From assembly GCA_963794325.1 (NCBI GenBank), contig CAWCDG010000004.1:832001-896000 (forward strand): 64,000 nt of DNA, read 5' to 3'. Position numbers and translations under genes: made by a program. Each line of letters starts with the position of its first letter. Within the stretch, counting starts at the first letter, position 1. Below the pieces are notes generated by a model. That model saw only the letters and a program-made list of their open reading frames with translations. It was not told where the DNA came from and ran no database searches. This document shows positions 37,512-47,740 of this stretch, in pieces. Origin of the DNA: an uncultured delta proteobacterium. Lineage in GTDB: Bacteria > Desulfobacterota > Binatia > Binatales > Binataceae.

Positions 37512-38800
37512 GCCGCTTTCCTCGCCCGTTTTAGCTGAGGTTCTGTCATGAGTTGATTCCATCGCCGCCAGAATGCGCGCATCTGCAACTCGTCCGTGAT
37601 CGACGGATGCTCGCGCTTCATCCCGCGCGAGATATCCGACCAACCTACCTCGCGATTCGCAAAGCCGCGTTGACACGACTCGAGCATCTCGACGTCGTCC
37701 GGCGTCGCGAATCCTCCCGGCCCCAGGAAGGTCAGAAAGTTGTCGAGCCGCAGCGCCGAGTCCTCAGCGCTCTCGTCCGCCGGCGCCAGCGCCCACGCAT
37801 TTACCTCCATGTAGTCAGGCGAAACCGGATAGAACGTGCGCACCGTGATAGCCATGATGTCGTTGATCACGAGATTCGGGAAAATCCCCAGGTTGCGGCT
37901 GGTCTCGCAGATTCGCCGCGCTCGCTCTGCTCCGAAACGCGCCTCGAAGCGGCGCCGAACGTCCTCGAAATGCTGTTTGCGATGCTCGCCGAACGGCGCG
38001 ACCCAGTGCGCGATAGGCCGCCCCCAGGCACTTTGGTACTCGACCACCGCATGACCGTTCCCGAGATCGACCGCCTTCTGATGGGAAGGAGTCGAAACAT
38101 CGCGGCCCTTCATATCGATACCTATATCACTCAGGAAGCTGAAGTACCGCTGATGCGTCGGCAGGCCGTGATAGCCATCATAGCTGTTCTCGACCAGCAG
38201 CTTCCAATTGGCCCGCGCGCAATAGGACTGTTGGCCTGAAACGATCTTCATACCTAGCTCGGACTGATCTGCCACCAGGTCAAGGTACTCGCGCGCCCCC
38301 GCGAGATAATCATAAAGGCTATCCGCGGCGCGATCGAAGCACGCGAATATAAAACCGCGATAGCTATCCACCTGGGGCGGGGACACCAAAGCCATATCCT
38401 CGCGCTTGAAAGCCTCGCTATAGGACTCCTCGCCCGGCACTCCTACCAGCTGACCGCGCGAGTTAAAAGTCCATGCGTGATAGGGACACTGAAAAGTCTT
38501 GGCGTTGCCGAATTTCTGGCGGCATACCAGGGATCCGCGATGGGTACAGGTATTCAGTAGCACGCGCACGACGCTATCGTCGCCGCGCACCAGGATCATC
38601 GGACGCCCCGCGACGCTGCGAGACCTATAGTCGCCCGCGTGCGACACCTCCGACTCATGACCCACATAGATCCAGCACTTATCGAAGACTCGCCTCCTCT
38701 CATCGGCAAGGCACTCCGGATCGGTAAACGCCCGCCGATTTACCCGAAACAGTCCCGCATCCTGATCATCTATGACATAGCTCTCGGCGGATTTATCCAT
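37508..38800 (-). CDS. Rieske aromatic ring-hydroxylating dioxygenase alpha subunit
   Basis: CTHRG...CPYHAW Rieske ligands; NWK...ENSYDGYH...H and DD..MLE mononuclear Fe site. Confidence 0.95.
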   Translation of the reverse strand: MDKSAESYVIDDQDAGLFRVNRRAFTDPECLADERRRVFDKCWIYVGHESEVSHAGDYRSRSVAGRPMILVRGDDSVVRVLLNTCTHRGSLVCRQKFGNAKTFQCPYHAWTFNSRGQLVGVPGEESYSEAFKREDMALVSPPQVDSYRGFIFACFDRAADSLYDYLAGAREYLDLVADQSELGMKIVSGQQSYCARANWKLLVENSYDGYHGLPTHQRYFSFLSDIGIDMKGRDVSTPSHQKAVDLGNGHAVVEYQSAWGRPIAHWVAPFGEHRKQHFEDVRRRFEARFGAERARRICETSRNLGIFPNLVINDIMAITVRTFYPVSPDYMEVNAWALAPADESAEDSALRLDNFLTFLGPGGFATPDDVEMLESCQRGFANREVGWSDISRGMKREHPSITDELQMRAFWRRWNQLMTEPQLKRARKAA

Positions 38801-38826
38801 GCTTCTTCTCCCTAACTACCATGCTT

Positions 38827-39642
38827 CTAAGACTTACCGTCCGGATTCCACGCCCAGTAACGTGCAATCGCCCCCGCATCGACCCGCAGATCAGTTCCCG
38901 TAATCATGCCCGCGTCATCCGACGCGAGAAAAACCGCAGCCCTTCCATAGTCGCTCGGACTCGGCAGTTTCTGCATCGGCACGCCTTTTCGAAACACCTC
39001 GAAAGCATTCTTAATCTGATCGCCACTGCGCACCTGACGCCCCCATCGGACTGCACGCTCCAACGACTCCGACGGATCTGTCGCCGTCGGCGTCAGACTG
39101 TTGACGCGGATCCCGTGCGCCACCAGTTCCATCGCCGCCGATCGCGTGAAGTTCAACAGCCCAGCCTTGCCCGTACAGTACGCGATATTGTTCGGCTCGC
39201 CCTGATGCCCCGCGGTCGAAATAATATTGATGATCGCGCCCTTGCGTCCCAGCTCGATCATCGATTTCGCGACGTGCTTGGTGAACAGGAACGTCCCATC
39301 CAGTATGATCGCCAGTTGTTTTCGCCATTCGTCGATCGGCATCTCCACCACGCCCTTCTTATTGAAAATGACCGCGTTGTTCACCAGGATATCGACGCCG
39401 CCGAAATGCTCGCGCGCCGCCGCGACCGCACCAATCACCTGGCTCTCTTCGGTAACGTCGCACGTGACCGCGCTCGCGCGTCCCCCCGTGCTGTTGATGT
39501 AACGCGCGCAGTCCGCCGCATTTTCCGCGCGCGCATCGACGCATACGATCGCCGCGCCCTCGGCCGCGAGACCTTCTGCGATACCGCCGCCGATATTCGC
39601 GCTGGTCCCGGTGACCAGCGCCACTTTTCCACTTAGCTTCAT
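38827..39642 (-). CDS. SDR oxidoreductase (possible cis-dihydrodiol dehydrogenase)
   Basis: VALVTG...IG, LVNNA, YCTGK catalytic motif, ITG..L.VDAG. Confidence 0.9.
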   Translation of the reverse strand: MKLSGKVALVTGTSANIGGGIAEGLAAEGAAIVCVDARAENAADCARYINSTGGRASAVTCDVTEESQVIGAVAAAREHFGGVDILVNNAVIFNKKGVVEMPIDEWRKQLAIILDGTFLFTKHVAKSMIELGRKGAIINIISTAGHQGEPNNIAYCTGKAGLLNFTRSAAMELVAHGIRVNSLTPTATDPSESLERAVRWGRQVRSGDQIKNAFEVFRKGVPMQKLPSPSDYGRAAVFLASDDAGMITGTDLRVDAGAIARYWAWNPDGKS

Positions 39643-39646
39643 CTGC

Positions 39647-40696
39647 TTAGCGCGGCGGCGGCGCCGTCAGGAAACATTTCGACGAATTGAAAATCCACGT
39701 ATCGATGAATTCCGTCTCGGCAGGCTTGCGTTTCAATTCGGACAGCGCGCCCGCGAGGCACATCCAGTTGAGAATTTCCTGCTGTCCGCTCGCCTCGACC
39801 GACGCCGCCGGATAATTCCGCCACGCGTCGAAGTTGCCGGCCCGCAACGCCTCGAACAGCGCGCGATCCGCTGGCGTATCGGGATAGAGAAAATTGTTTT
39901 TCGCGGTCAGAAACGCATGCGACCATCCCGACGACGCCATCAGCGCGACCCGCCACGGACTGTTCGCAAAAATTCTCGCGGTCGCAGCGCCGAGATCGAA
40001 TAATCGGCGCGGCGTTGGCGCCGGCGGATCGAGCTGCGCTTCCGACGGCGGATTTTCGAACGCCGGCAGACCGCCGCGCTGCGCGATCACCCTGCGGCCG
40101 TAGCAGTTTATCGCGAACGGAATAATCGGATAGGGAAACCCTTTCCGATCGTAATCGAGATACAGCACCGCGTTCGCGAACGCATGACCCAGCGGATGAT
40201 GCAGCGGCTTGTACGAATAAGCCGTATCGAAACCGGCCTCGATCAAACCGCCCGCGAGATATTTCGCCGCCGCGACGTTGCCTGCCGCGTGAAATTTCTT
40301 GTCAGGCTGCTCTTTCCACACGTTGCGCGCCGGCGGCGCGAACTCGAACGATTCGTGCGCGTAGATGCAGTACGGCGGAATCACATCCTCGCGGAAATTT
40401 TCATATTGATCGTCGCCCCACATCACGATGAAGTCGGGACGAAACTCGTCGATTTGCGCGCGCGCCTTCCGCAGCGATCGCAGCAGCGTCTCGCGATGTA
40501 TATGCGCTGCGCTGGCGCCCTCGTCGTTGCCCCATTCCGCGCGCATCGCTTCCGGCCAGCTCTGCTCACTGCGAAATTTTTCCGGAAGATGCGGGTTCTG
40601 CAGCATCCGCTTCAGGATCCACGCCATCGTTTCATCGCTGCCGGCCAGAGGCGGGTAGTGAGTTATTCCAACTGCGAGAATCTCACCCATTTGCAT
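39647..40696 (-). CDS. Extradiol ring-cleavage dioxygenase, LigB/MhpB-type
   Basis: GITHYP, PDFIVMWGDDQYENF, LGHAF, SSGWSH, GQQEILNW. Confidence 0.85.
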   Translation of the reverse strand: MQMGEILAVGITHYPPLAGSDETMAWILKRMLQNPHLPEKFRSEQSWPEAMRAEWGNDEGASAAHIHRETLLRSLRKARAQIDEFRPDFIVMWGDDQYENFREDVIPPYCIYAHESFEFAPPARNVWKEQPDKKFHAAGNVAAAKYLAGGLIEAGFDTAYSYKPLHHPLGHAFANAVLYLDYDRKGFPYPIIPFAINCYGRRVIAQRGGLPAFENPPSEAQLDPPAPTPRRLFDLGAATARIFANSPWRVALMASSGWSHAFLTAKNNFLYPDTPADRALFEALRAGNFDAWRNYPAASVEASGQQEILNWMCLAGALSELKRKPAETEFIDTWIFNSSKCFLTAPPPR

Positions 40697-40714
40697 TTCC
40701 TCCGCCGGCTCGCG

Positions 40715-41902
40715 TCAGGCCCGGCTGGTAGCGTCGTGCAGGATCTGTTTCTCGTATAGCGCGGCAATCCGATCCGCGGAATACCCCAGCACGCTCGACA
40801 GCACCGCCGCGTTGTCTCCGCCGAGCGCCGGCACATAGTTGCGCGCCTTGGCCGTCGCATTGCCAAACTTGAACGCGGGATTCGGCACCTTGACCGGGCC
40901 CGCGCCGTCGTCGATCACTTCGAAGCTGCCACGCTCCGCAAGATGCGGATGCGCCAGCGCTTCCCGCACCGTGTAATACCGCGAGCACGGCACACTGCCC
41001 TCGGTCAGAATCGCCTCGCACTCTTCCATCGTCCGCGTCGACGCCCACTCATCCAGCTTCGACATGAACCATTTCCAATTCGCAGCCCTGCCTTTCGCCG
41101 TCGCGAAGCGGGAATCCTCCAGCCATTCGGGATGTCCGACCGCGCGCGCCAGCGCCTCGTAATTATTCGGCTTCACCGCCGCAATCATTATGAATCCGTC
41201 CTTGGCGCGCGTCGGCTGAAAAGTATTGGTCCGCCTCATCGGCGGTAGCTGCGCTTCCTGGAATTCATAGATCAGCATTCCGAGCAGCCCGTCCATCATC
41301 GCCAGATCGATCCAGTCGCCGCGCCCCGTCCGCTCGCGCGCGAGCAGCGCCGACTGAATCGCGCCGAATGCATACGTCCCGCCCAGCACGTCGCCCACAT
41401 AGATTCCGGTATTGAGCGGCCGCTCGAGCCCCTCCTGATACGCGAGATTGACCAGGTCAAAACCGCTCGCCGCGTGCAGCATCGGCGCGTATGCGCTGCG
41501 CGTCGCCCACGGCCCGCTTTGCCCGAAGCCCGAAATCGAACAGTACACGATTCGCGGATTCAGCCGTTCGAGCGTCGCATAGTCGAGCCCCAGCCGCTTC
41601 ATCACGCCCGGCCGCGAATTTTCGACGACCACGTCAGACTTCGCCGCCAGCTCGCGAATCAGCTCGCCCGCTCCCGGTTTGCGCAGATCGATCGCGAGAC
41701 TTTTCTTGCCGCAATTCAGATGCGCAAAGTACGCGCTCTTGCCCGCGCGAATCGGCGGTTGCGATCGAATGAAATCACCCTCGGGCGGTTCAATCTTGAT
41801 GACCTCGGCGCCGAGGTCCGCGAGCAGCCGCGTGCAATACGGCCCCGACACGATCGTCGTGAAGTCGAGCACCCGCACTCCGCTCAGGATCTCGTTCTTC
41901 AA
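40715..41902 (-). CDS. CaiB/BaiF family III CoA-transferase
   Basis: LSGVRVLDFT...GP, GAEVIKIEPP.GD, VVENSRPG; TTG overlaps the GntR TGA. Confidence 0.93.
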   Translation of the reverse strand: MKNEILSGVRVLDFTTIVSGPYCTRLLADLGAEVIKIEPPEGDFIRSQPPIRAGKSAYFAHLNCGKKSLAIDLRKPGAGELIRELAAKSDVVVENSRPGVMKRLGLDYATLERLNPRIVYCSISGFGQSGPWATRSAYAPMLHAASGFDLVNLAYQEGLERPLNTGIYVGDVLGGTYAFGAIQSALLARERTGRGDWIDLAMMDGLLGMLIYEFQEAQLPPMRRTNTFQPTRAKDGFIMIAAVKPNNYEALARAVGHPEWLEDSRFATAKGRAANWKWFMSKLDEWASTRTMEECEAILTEGSVPCSRYYTVREALAHPHLAERGSFEVIDDGAGPVKVPNPAFKFGNATAKARNYVPALGGDNAAVLSSVLGYSADRIAALYEKQILHDATSRA

Positions 41903-42687
41903 CCTGCCGCCTCGGCCCGATCCTTTTCTTTCATCAGCGACAAATAGTGCCGGTTGAGCCTTTCGAGATGCTGTTCCATCTCCTTCACCGCACCATCGCT
42001 GTCGCCCGCCTCGAAATGCTTCATGAAACGCCGCCGCGACGGCAGCACCCATGGATTTCGCTGCTGTCCGATCGCCCGGATGAAGTGCTGCATCACGTCG
42101 AGCAACGCTTCCATCACAATCACCATCACCGGATTTTTCGTCGCGCGCGCAATGATGCGATGGAAATCAAGATGAATCGCCGCCTGCTCGTAAAATGAGA
42201 TCTTGTCGCGCGTCGCCCGCTCCGCCGCGGCAATGTTCGCGTTGAGCGCCTCGATATCCTCCGGCGTCGCCCGCTCGCACGCCGCGCGCACCGCGCTCGA
42301 TTCGATCATCACCCGCGCCTCGGTCAGATGCTCCGGCTGAATCGCGCCGAGATGAAACATATCGCGCAGCCCGGTGACTATCGCGTCGCCCGTGCTCTCG
42401 CGCACGAACGCGCCGCCGGTCGCGCCCTTCTGCAATCGCAGCAGTCCGGCATTCTCGAGCGACCGCAACGCCTCGCGCAGCGTATTGCGCGAGACCCCGA
42501 ACTGCTCGGCCAGCGCCCGCTCCGGCGGCAGCCGATCGCCCGCCCGCAGCCGCCGATCTGAAAGCTCCTTGCGAATCTGGCCGGCGATTTCCTCGAACGC
42601 GCGCAGATTGCGGATGCGGCTGAACTCGACCCGGCGCGGCGTCGCCACCCGGGTCGGCTTCTTGCGCTTGACATTCATATCGCTCAT
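41899..42687 (-). CDS. GntR/FadR family regulator (HTH + FCD)
   Basis: GDRLPPERALAEQFGVSRNTLREAL; FHRIIA.ATKN; start uncertain (42678/42687/42696). Confidence 0.93.
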   Translation of the reverse strand: MSDMNVKRKKPTRVATPRRVEFSRIRNLRAFEEIAGQIRKELSDRRLRAGDRLPPERALAEQFGVSRNTLREALRSLENAGLLRLQKGATGGAFVRESTGDAIVTGLRDMFHLGAIQPEHLTEARVMIESSAVRAACERATPEDIEALNANIAAAERATRDKISFYEQAAIHLDFHRIIARATKNPVMVIVMEALLDVMQHFIRAIGQQRNPWVLPSRRRFMKHFEAGDSDGAVKEMEQHLERLNRHYLSLMKEKDRAEAAG

Positions 42688-42696
42688 GTGTTCCAT

Positions 42697-42707
42697 TGGT
42701 TCAACCA
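42697..42707. promoter_or_regulatory. FadR-subfamily operator TGGT-TCA-ACCA
   Basis: Matches TnGT-N3-ACnA; overlaps CCATTGGT direct repeats in the divergent gntR/ACAD intergenic region. Confidence 0.65.
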
Positions 42708-42761
42708 TTGGTACCCCGAACCAGCGCTCGATGTCAAGCGTCACATTGGAGGAACACGACC

Positions 42762-43838
42762 GTGATTTCTTTTGAACTGACCCAGGAACAAAAACTCGCG
42801 CAGTCGATGGTGCAGGGGCTGGCCGGCTCGCAGCTTCGGCCGGCAGCCCGCGCTGCCGATGACCGCGAAGCGATCCCCTCGTCGATTCTCGATGAGATCT
42901 GGGCGACCGGGATCATCCAGTCACAAGCTGATGCGGATGGATATTCGCCCACGCTCAATGCGCTGCTGCTCGAGGAGCTCGCGGTCGCTGACGCTTCGTT
43001 CGCGATTGCCGCCGCGGCGCCGATTGGATTTCTTGGCGCGATCGCCGCGCAAGGCTCGTCCGCGCAGAAGAAAAATCTGCTGCCGCTGTTTGCGCGCGAC
43101 AAGTACCGATGCGCCGGCGTCGCTATCATGGAGCCCGATTTCGCCTTCGACGTTTCCGCGATTCGTAGCACCGCAATCAAGACCCGCGACGGTTATCGAC
43201 TGTCGGGTATCAAGGGACTCGTTCCGCTGGCGGAACAGTGCAGTCACTTTCTGGTGGTCGCGCGCTGTGACGATGCGACCGATGCGTTCATCGTTGATCG
43301 AAATGCGCGTGGCGTTAGCGTCGGCGAGAAGAAACCGAATATCGGACTGCGCGCGCTCGAGATGGCCACCGTCAGTTTCAAGGATGTCGAACTGCCCGCC
43401 GGCGCGCGTCTCGGCGAGAGCGCGGGATGCAATGTTCAGCGCATCATCGACTCGGCGCGCACCGCGCTGTCCGCGATCATGACCGGCACCAGCCGCGCCG
43501 TGATGGAATTCGTGATGCCCTACACCAAGGAGCGCGTGGTTCACGGCGATGCGCTCGCGAAGAAACAGACCATCGCGTTCCGCCTCGCCGACATGCGGAT
43601 CGAGACCGACGCGATGCGCTGGATGACGTGGAAGGCGGCGTCGATTCTTGAGCAGGGCACAGACGCCACGCGGCAGGCGCAACTCGCGTACACCTACTGC
43701 GGCGAGAATGCGATGTGGATCGCCGACGAAGGCGTCCAGATGCTCGGCGGCCACGGCTACCTGCGCGATAACCCGGTCGAGATGTGGTATCGCGATACGC
43801 GCACGGTGTCGGTGCTGGAAGGCGCGGTCGGAGTTTAG
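42762..43838 (+). CDS. Acyl-CoA dehydrogenase family protein
   Basis: FELTQEQ, IMEP, LSGIK, Q.IAFRLADM, VQMLGGHGY...PVE.WYRD; GGAGG RBS before GTG. Confidence 0.9.
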   Translation: MISFELTQEQKLAQSMVQGLAGSQLRPAARAADDREAIPSSILDEIWATGIIQSQADADGYSPTLNALLLEELAVADASFAIAAAAPIGFLGAIAAQGSSAQKKNLLPLFARDKYRCAGVAIMEPDFAFDVSAIRSTAIKTRDGYRLSGIKGLVPLAEQCSHFLVVARCDDATDAFIVDRNARGVSVGEKKPNIGLRALEMATVSFKDVELPAGARLGESAGCNVQRIIDSARTALSAIMTGTSRAVMEFVMPYTKERVVHGDALAKKQTIAFRLADMRIETDAMRWMTWKAASILEQGTDATRQAQLAYTYCGENAMWIADEGVQMLGGHGYLRDNPVEMWYRDTRTVSVLEGAVGV

Positions 43839-43867
43839 TTTTCGAAGAGAACCACGAGGACAAAGCA

Positions 43868-45010
43868 ATGATAGATTTCCAACTCACTTCGGCTGACGCG
43901 AAGGTTCTGAGCACTGCGCACGAGCAGGCGATAATCGGGCGGCGCTATGCGCGTTACTACGACAAGCACGAAGACGAACTCGAACCTGCGGAATTTCCTG
44001 AAGCGAAAGATTTGCCCAACCCGGTCACGCTGGCCGAAGAAGGACTCAACGGCAGCAGCGGCTCGCGAATTCTTCATTCGCTTGTGATGCTCGAAATTTA
44101 TTGGGGCGGAATAGCGCTGCATCGCAGCAAGTGGGGACTCGGCAACACCGTCCTTAAGACTGTTGCGACGCCCGAGCAGTACGAGAAGTGGAAGAACCAC
44201 ACGATTGCGATCGCAATCACCGAGCCCGGCGCCGGCTCGGACCCGGCCAACATCCGAACGACGGCGACGTTCGATCGCGAAACCGGCGAATGGATTCTCA
44301 ACGGTGAGAAAATTTTTATCTCGCAGGCGCAGTCGGGCGACGCCGCGATGGTACTGTCGCGATTCATCGCGCCGGACGGAAGCCGCGGCATGACCACCTT
44401 CATCGTCGAGAAGGGCACGCCTGGATTCACCGTCGGGCCGCAACTCAAGAAGCTCGGCATCCGCTCGCACGACACCTGCAACCTGCTGTTCGAGAATTGC
44501 CGGATTCCCGAGTTCAACCACATCAAGGGCGATTTCAAATCCACGATGTCGGTGTTCAACGACTCGCGCCCGATGGTCGGCGCGATGGCGCTGGGGGTCG
44601 CGCGTGCGGCGCTCGACTTCACGCGCGAAAAGCTCTCCGAGCGCGGAATCGAAATCAACTACCGCGGCGGGATGCGCGGCCGTTCGGCCGTCGTCGATCG
44701 TCTGATCCGGCTGGAGGCCATCTTCGAAGCCGCGTTGCTGACGGTGCTGCGCTCCAAGTGGCTCGAGCAGCAGGACGTGCCGCCGAAAGTGGAAGCATCG
44801 ATCGCGAAAGCGGCGGGCGGCAAGGCCGCGCGAAAGATCACCCAGGGATGCATCGACTTGCTCGGCCCCGAAGCGCTCTCAGAAGAGCATCCGCTGGATC
44901 GATGCTTCCGCGACGGCCGCATCTTCGACATCTACGAAGGCGCCGGCGAAATCCAGCGCCTGATAATCGCCCGCTCAATCCTGGGCTACACCGGCCGTGA
45001 TCTGCGGTAG
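43868..45010 (+). CDS. Acyl-CoA dehydrogenase
   Basis: AITEPGAGSD, LNGEKIFI, KLGIR, IYEGAGEIQRLII. Confidence 0.95.
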   Translation: MIDFQLTSADAKVLSTAHEQAIIGRRYARYYDKHEDELEPAEFPEAKDLPNPVTLAEEGLNGSSGSRILHSLVMLEIYWGGIALHRSKWGLGNTVLKTVATPEQYEKWKNHTIAIAITEPGAGSDPANIRTTATFDRETGEWILNGEKIFISQAQSGDAAMVLSRFIAPDGSRGMTTFIVEKGTPGFTVGPQLKKLGIRSHDTCNLLFENCRIPEFNHIKGDFKSTMSVFNDSRPMVGAMALGVARAALDFTREKLSERGIEINYRGGMRGRSAVVDRLIRLEAIFEAALLTVLRSKWLEQQDVPPKVEASIAKAAGGKAARKITQGCIDLLGPEALSEEHPLDRCFRDGRIFDIYEGAGEIQRLIIARSILGYTGRDLR

Positions 45011-45104
45011 CCGCGCCCGGACAGAATCGGAGTCCGTTCTTCCTTGGACCTGATCGTGGGTTTTCACTAGTCTGAAGACTACACCCTGTGTCCAGGAGGA
45101 AGAG

Positions 45105-45599
45105 ATGAAAACACCCCTTCGCATTGCCCTCGTCGTCAGCACTGTTCTCTTGTTGAGTTGTTGGTCATTACCGGTGCACGCGCAGGCCGGCAAGTATACT
45201 GTCAAGACCGGCTATCTCACTTGCCATGAAGCTTCGGGATGGGGATTCATCTTCGGGTCTTCGCGCGAAATCCGATGCTCCTACTCCAACAACGGCGGGC
45301 GAGTCGAACACTACAGTGGAAGCATCTCGAAGTTCGGCGCAGATATCGGTTACCTGAAATCCGCCGTGGTCCTGTGGGCGGTCGCCGCACCGACCAAGGA
45401 TCTCAAGCCCGGTGCGCTGGAGGGTCATTACGGCGGCGCGACCGCGAGCCTTTCGCTCGGCGTGGGTGCGGGCGCGAACGTGCTGGTTGGAGGTTTTGAT
45501 CAGTCGATCGCTCTTCAGCCGGTATCCGTCGAAGGACAGAACGGGCTGAACGTCGCTGCCGGAGTTGCGGAGATGACCCTCAAGTACCACCGCGAGTAA
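45105..45599 (+). CDS. DUF992 domain-containing exported protein
   Basis: Signal peptide; G.LTC...GWGFIFGSSR.I.C, KFGADIG, GANVLVGG...IALQP.SVEGQ.GLNVAAG. Confidence 0.85.
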   Translation: MKTPLRIALVVSTVLLLSCWSLPVHAQAGKYTVKTGYLTCHEASGWGFIFGSSREIRCSYSNNGGRVEHYSGSISKFGADIGYLKSAVVLWAVAAPTKDLKPGALEGHYGGATASLSLGVGAGANVLVGGFDQSIALQPVSVEGQNGLNVAAGVAEMTLKYHRE

Positions 45600-45820
45600 C
45601 CGCCGGGGTGACTTGAAGCGGTTCAACTCGATCTAAATCTGATGTGAAACCCGTCGTCGGTTTTCACACCTCTTTGGGATAACCCCGCACTTTAGTGTTG
45701 TCGCTTTTGTGCTCTGCGGCACTCGTGCGCGCGCGAATCCTGCCGCCGCCATATTGCGAGCGACGGCGATGCTGTTACTAATGATTGCCGGCGCAGCTTT
45801 CATATAGTGTTGGCATCACG

Positions 45821-47680
45821 ATGAAGAGTCTTGAGGGGGCATCGAGCGGGGCCGGCGACGCGAGCATTCGTGCGTCCGATGAAGTGCTCGCTGTATTGCG
45901 GCGGTTCTGGGGATTCGAGGGTTTGCGGCCTCTGCAACTTGAGGCGATACAGGCCGGACTGGAGCGGCGCGATTCTCTGGTCGTGATGCCGACTGGCGGC
46001 GGGAAGTCGCTGTGCTACCAGGTGCCACCCGCGGTCGCGCGGCGCACCGACGTCGTCGTGTCGCCGCTAATCGCGCTGATGAAGGACCAGGTCGATGCGC
46101 TGCGCCTATCGGGCTATCCGGCGGCGGCGTTGCATAGCGGGATGGATCAGATGGAGGTTCGCGACGTCGAGCGCGAGCTGGCCGGCGGCCGGCATCATCT
46201 TATATTTGTCGCGCCGGAACGGTTACTGACACCCCGCTTTCTCGATCTCGCCGCGCGCCTGAAAGTTTCCAGCTTCGCGATCGATGAAGCACATTGCATC
46301 AGCCAGTGGGGACATGATTTCCGGCCCGAATATCGGCGGCTCGCGGAGCTGAAGACGCGCTTTCCGGGCGCGAGTATTCACGCATACACGGCGACCGCAA
46401 CCAAGCGCGTGCGGGGCGACATCGTCGATCAACTTGGGCTCAAGGACCCGGCGGTGCTGGTCGGTTCGTTCGATCGTCCCAATCTACTTTATCGGGTGCG
46501 TCCGAAGCTGGAGGTGAACGCGCAAATTGCGGCGACGATCCGGCGCCACAAGGGAGAGGCGTCGATCGTCTATAGCATCAGCCGAAATGACACTGAGCGA
46601 ATCGCCGCATACCTGGCGTCGGAGGGCGTGCGCGCCGCGGCGTATCACGCTGGAATGGACGCGGAAGAGCGCCGGCATACGCAGGACCGTTTCGCCGCCG
46701 AGGAAATCGACGTGGTGGTGGCGACAGTGGCGTTCGGGATGGGAATCGATCGCAGCGACATCCGATGCGTGATTCACGCGGCGCTCCCGAAATCGATCGA
46801 GGCCTATCAGCAGGAGACGGGCCGCGCGGGCCGCGACGGCTTGCCTGCCGAATGCGTGCTGTTCTACTCCGCGGCCGACGTGATGCGATGGCGCAACCTG
46901 ATGGAGCGGAGCGCCGCAGAGTCAGCGACTCCGCCTGAAGTGTTAGAGAGCGGGAAGCTGCTGCTCGAGGAAGTGCGCCGATTCGCGACGGTCGTTCGAT
47001 GCCGTCATGCCGCACTCTCCGCATACTTCGGCGAGACCTATCAAAACGCGAACTGTGGCGCATGCGACTTTTGCCTGGGCGAGGTGGAAGGCGTCGCGGA
47101 TTCGACGGTGCTCGCACAGAAGGTGCTGTCGTGCGTGGCGCGCGTCGAGCAGCGCTTCGGCGTCGAGCACGTCGTGGACGTGCTGAGCGGCGCAAGCAGC
47201 GAACGCGTGCGTCGATTGGGCCACGAAAAACTTTCCACCTACGGCCTGCTGAAGGACGTTCCGCGCAAGACCTTGACCAACCTGGTCTATCAGTTAGTCG
47301 ATGCGGGACTGCTCGAGCGCACGCCCGGCGATCGCCCGACGCTGAGGCTGAACGCATTGTCGTGGGAAGTGATGCGCGGTGGACGCGCTGTCACATTGCT
47401 ACAAGCGAAAGAGTCCAAGTCGAGAAGGACGCGAATCGAAGAAGAGTCGTGGCACGACGTGGACGAGGCGCTGTTCGAGAGTCTGCGAACACTGCGGCGC
47501 GAAATCGCAGCTGAGCGCGCGGTGCCGGCCTACGTGATCCTCCACGACGCCACGTTGCGCGAACTCGCCAGCGTGCGGCCCACCACGGTGGATGCGCTGC
47601 GCCATATCCGCGGGTTCGGCGAAAAGCGACTCGCCGATTTCGGCGCGCGCGTAATTGAATGCATTAATTCTCGCCACTGA
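45821..47680 (+). CDS. recQ: ATP-dependent DNA helicase RecQ
   Basis: MPTGGGKSLCYQ, DEAHCISQWGHDFRPEY, QETGRAGRDG, RQC Zn site, HRDC domain. Confidence 0.97.
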   Translation: MKSLEGASSGAGDASIRASDEVLAVLRRFWGFEGLRPLQLEAIQAGLERRDSLVVMPTGGGKSLCYQVPPAVARRTDVVVSPLIALMKDQVDALRLSGYPAAALHSGMDQMEVRDVERELAGGRHHLIFVAPERLLTPRFLDLAARLKVSSFAIDEAHCISQWGHDFRPEYRRLAELKTRFPGASIHAYTATATKRVRGDIVDQLGLKDPAVLVGSFDRPNLLYRVRPKLEVNAQIAATIRRHKGEASIVYSISRNDTERIAAYLASEGVRAAAYHAGMDAEERRHTQDRFAAEEIDVVVATVAFGMGIDRSDIRCVIHAALPKSIEAYQQETGRAGRDGLPAECVLFYSAADVMRWRNLMERSAAESATPPEVLESGKLLLEEVRRFATVVRCRHAALSAYFGETYQNANCGACDFCLGEVEGVADSTVLAQKVLSCVARVEQRFGVEHVVDVLSGASSERVRRLGHEKLSTYGLLKDVPRKTLTNLVYQLVDAGLLERTPGDRPTLRLNALSWEVMRGGRAVTLLQAKESKSRRTRIEEESWHDVDEALFESLRTLRREIAAERAVPAYVILHDATLRELASVRPTTVDALRHIRGFGEKRLADFGARVIECINSRH

Positions 47681-47740
47681 TTCCGGACGGCGTGTGCCAT
47701 AACTTTTTCCTCGGCTAGCATCAGCGCGCGACCAGACATG

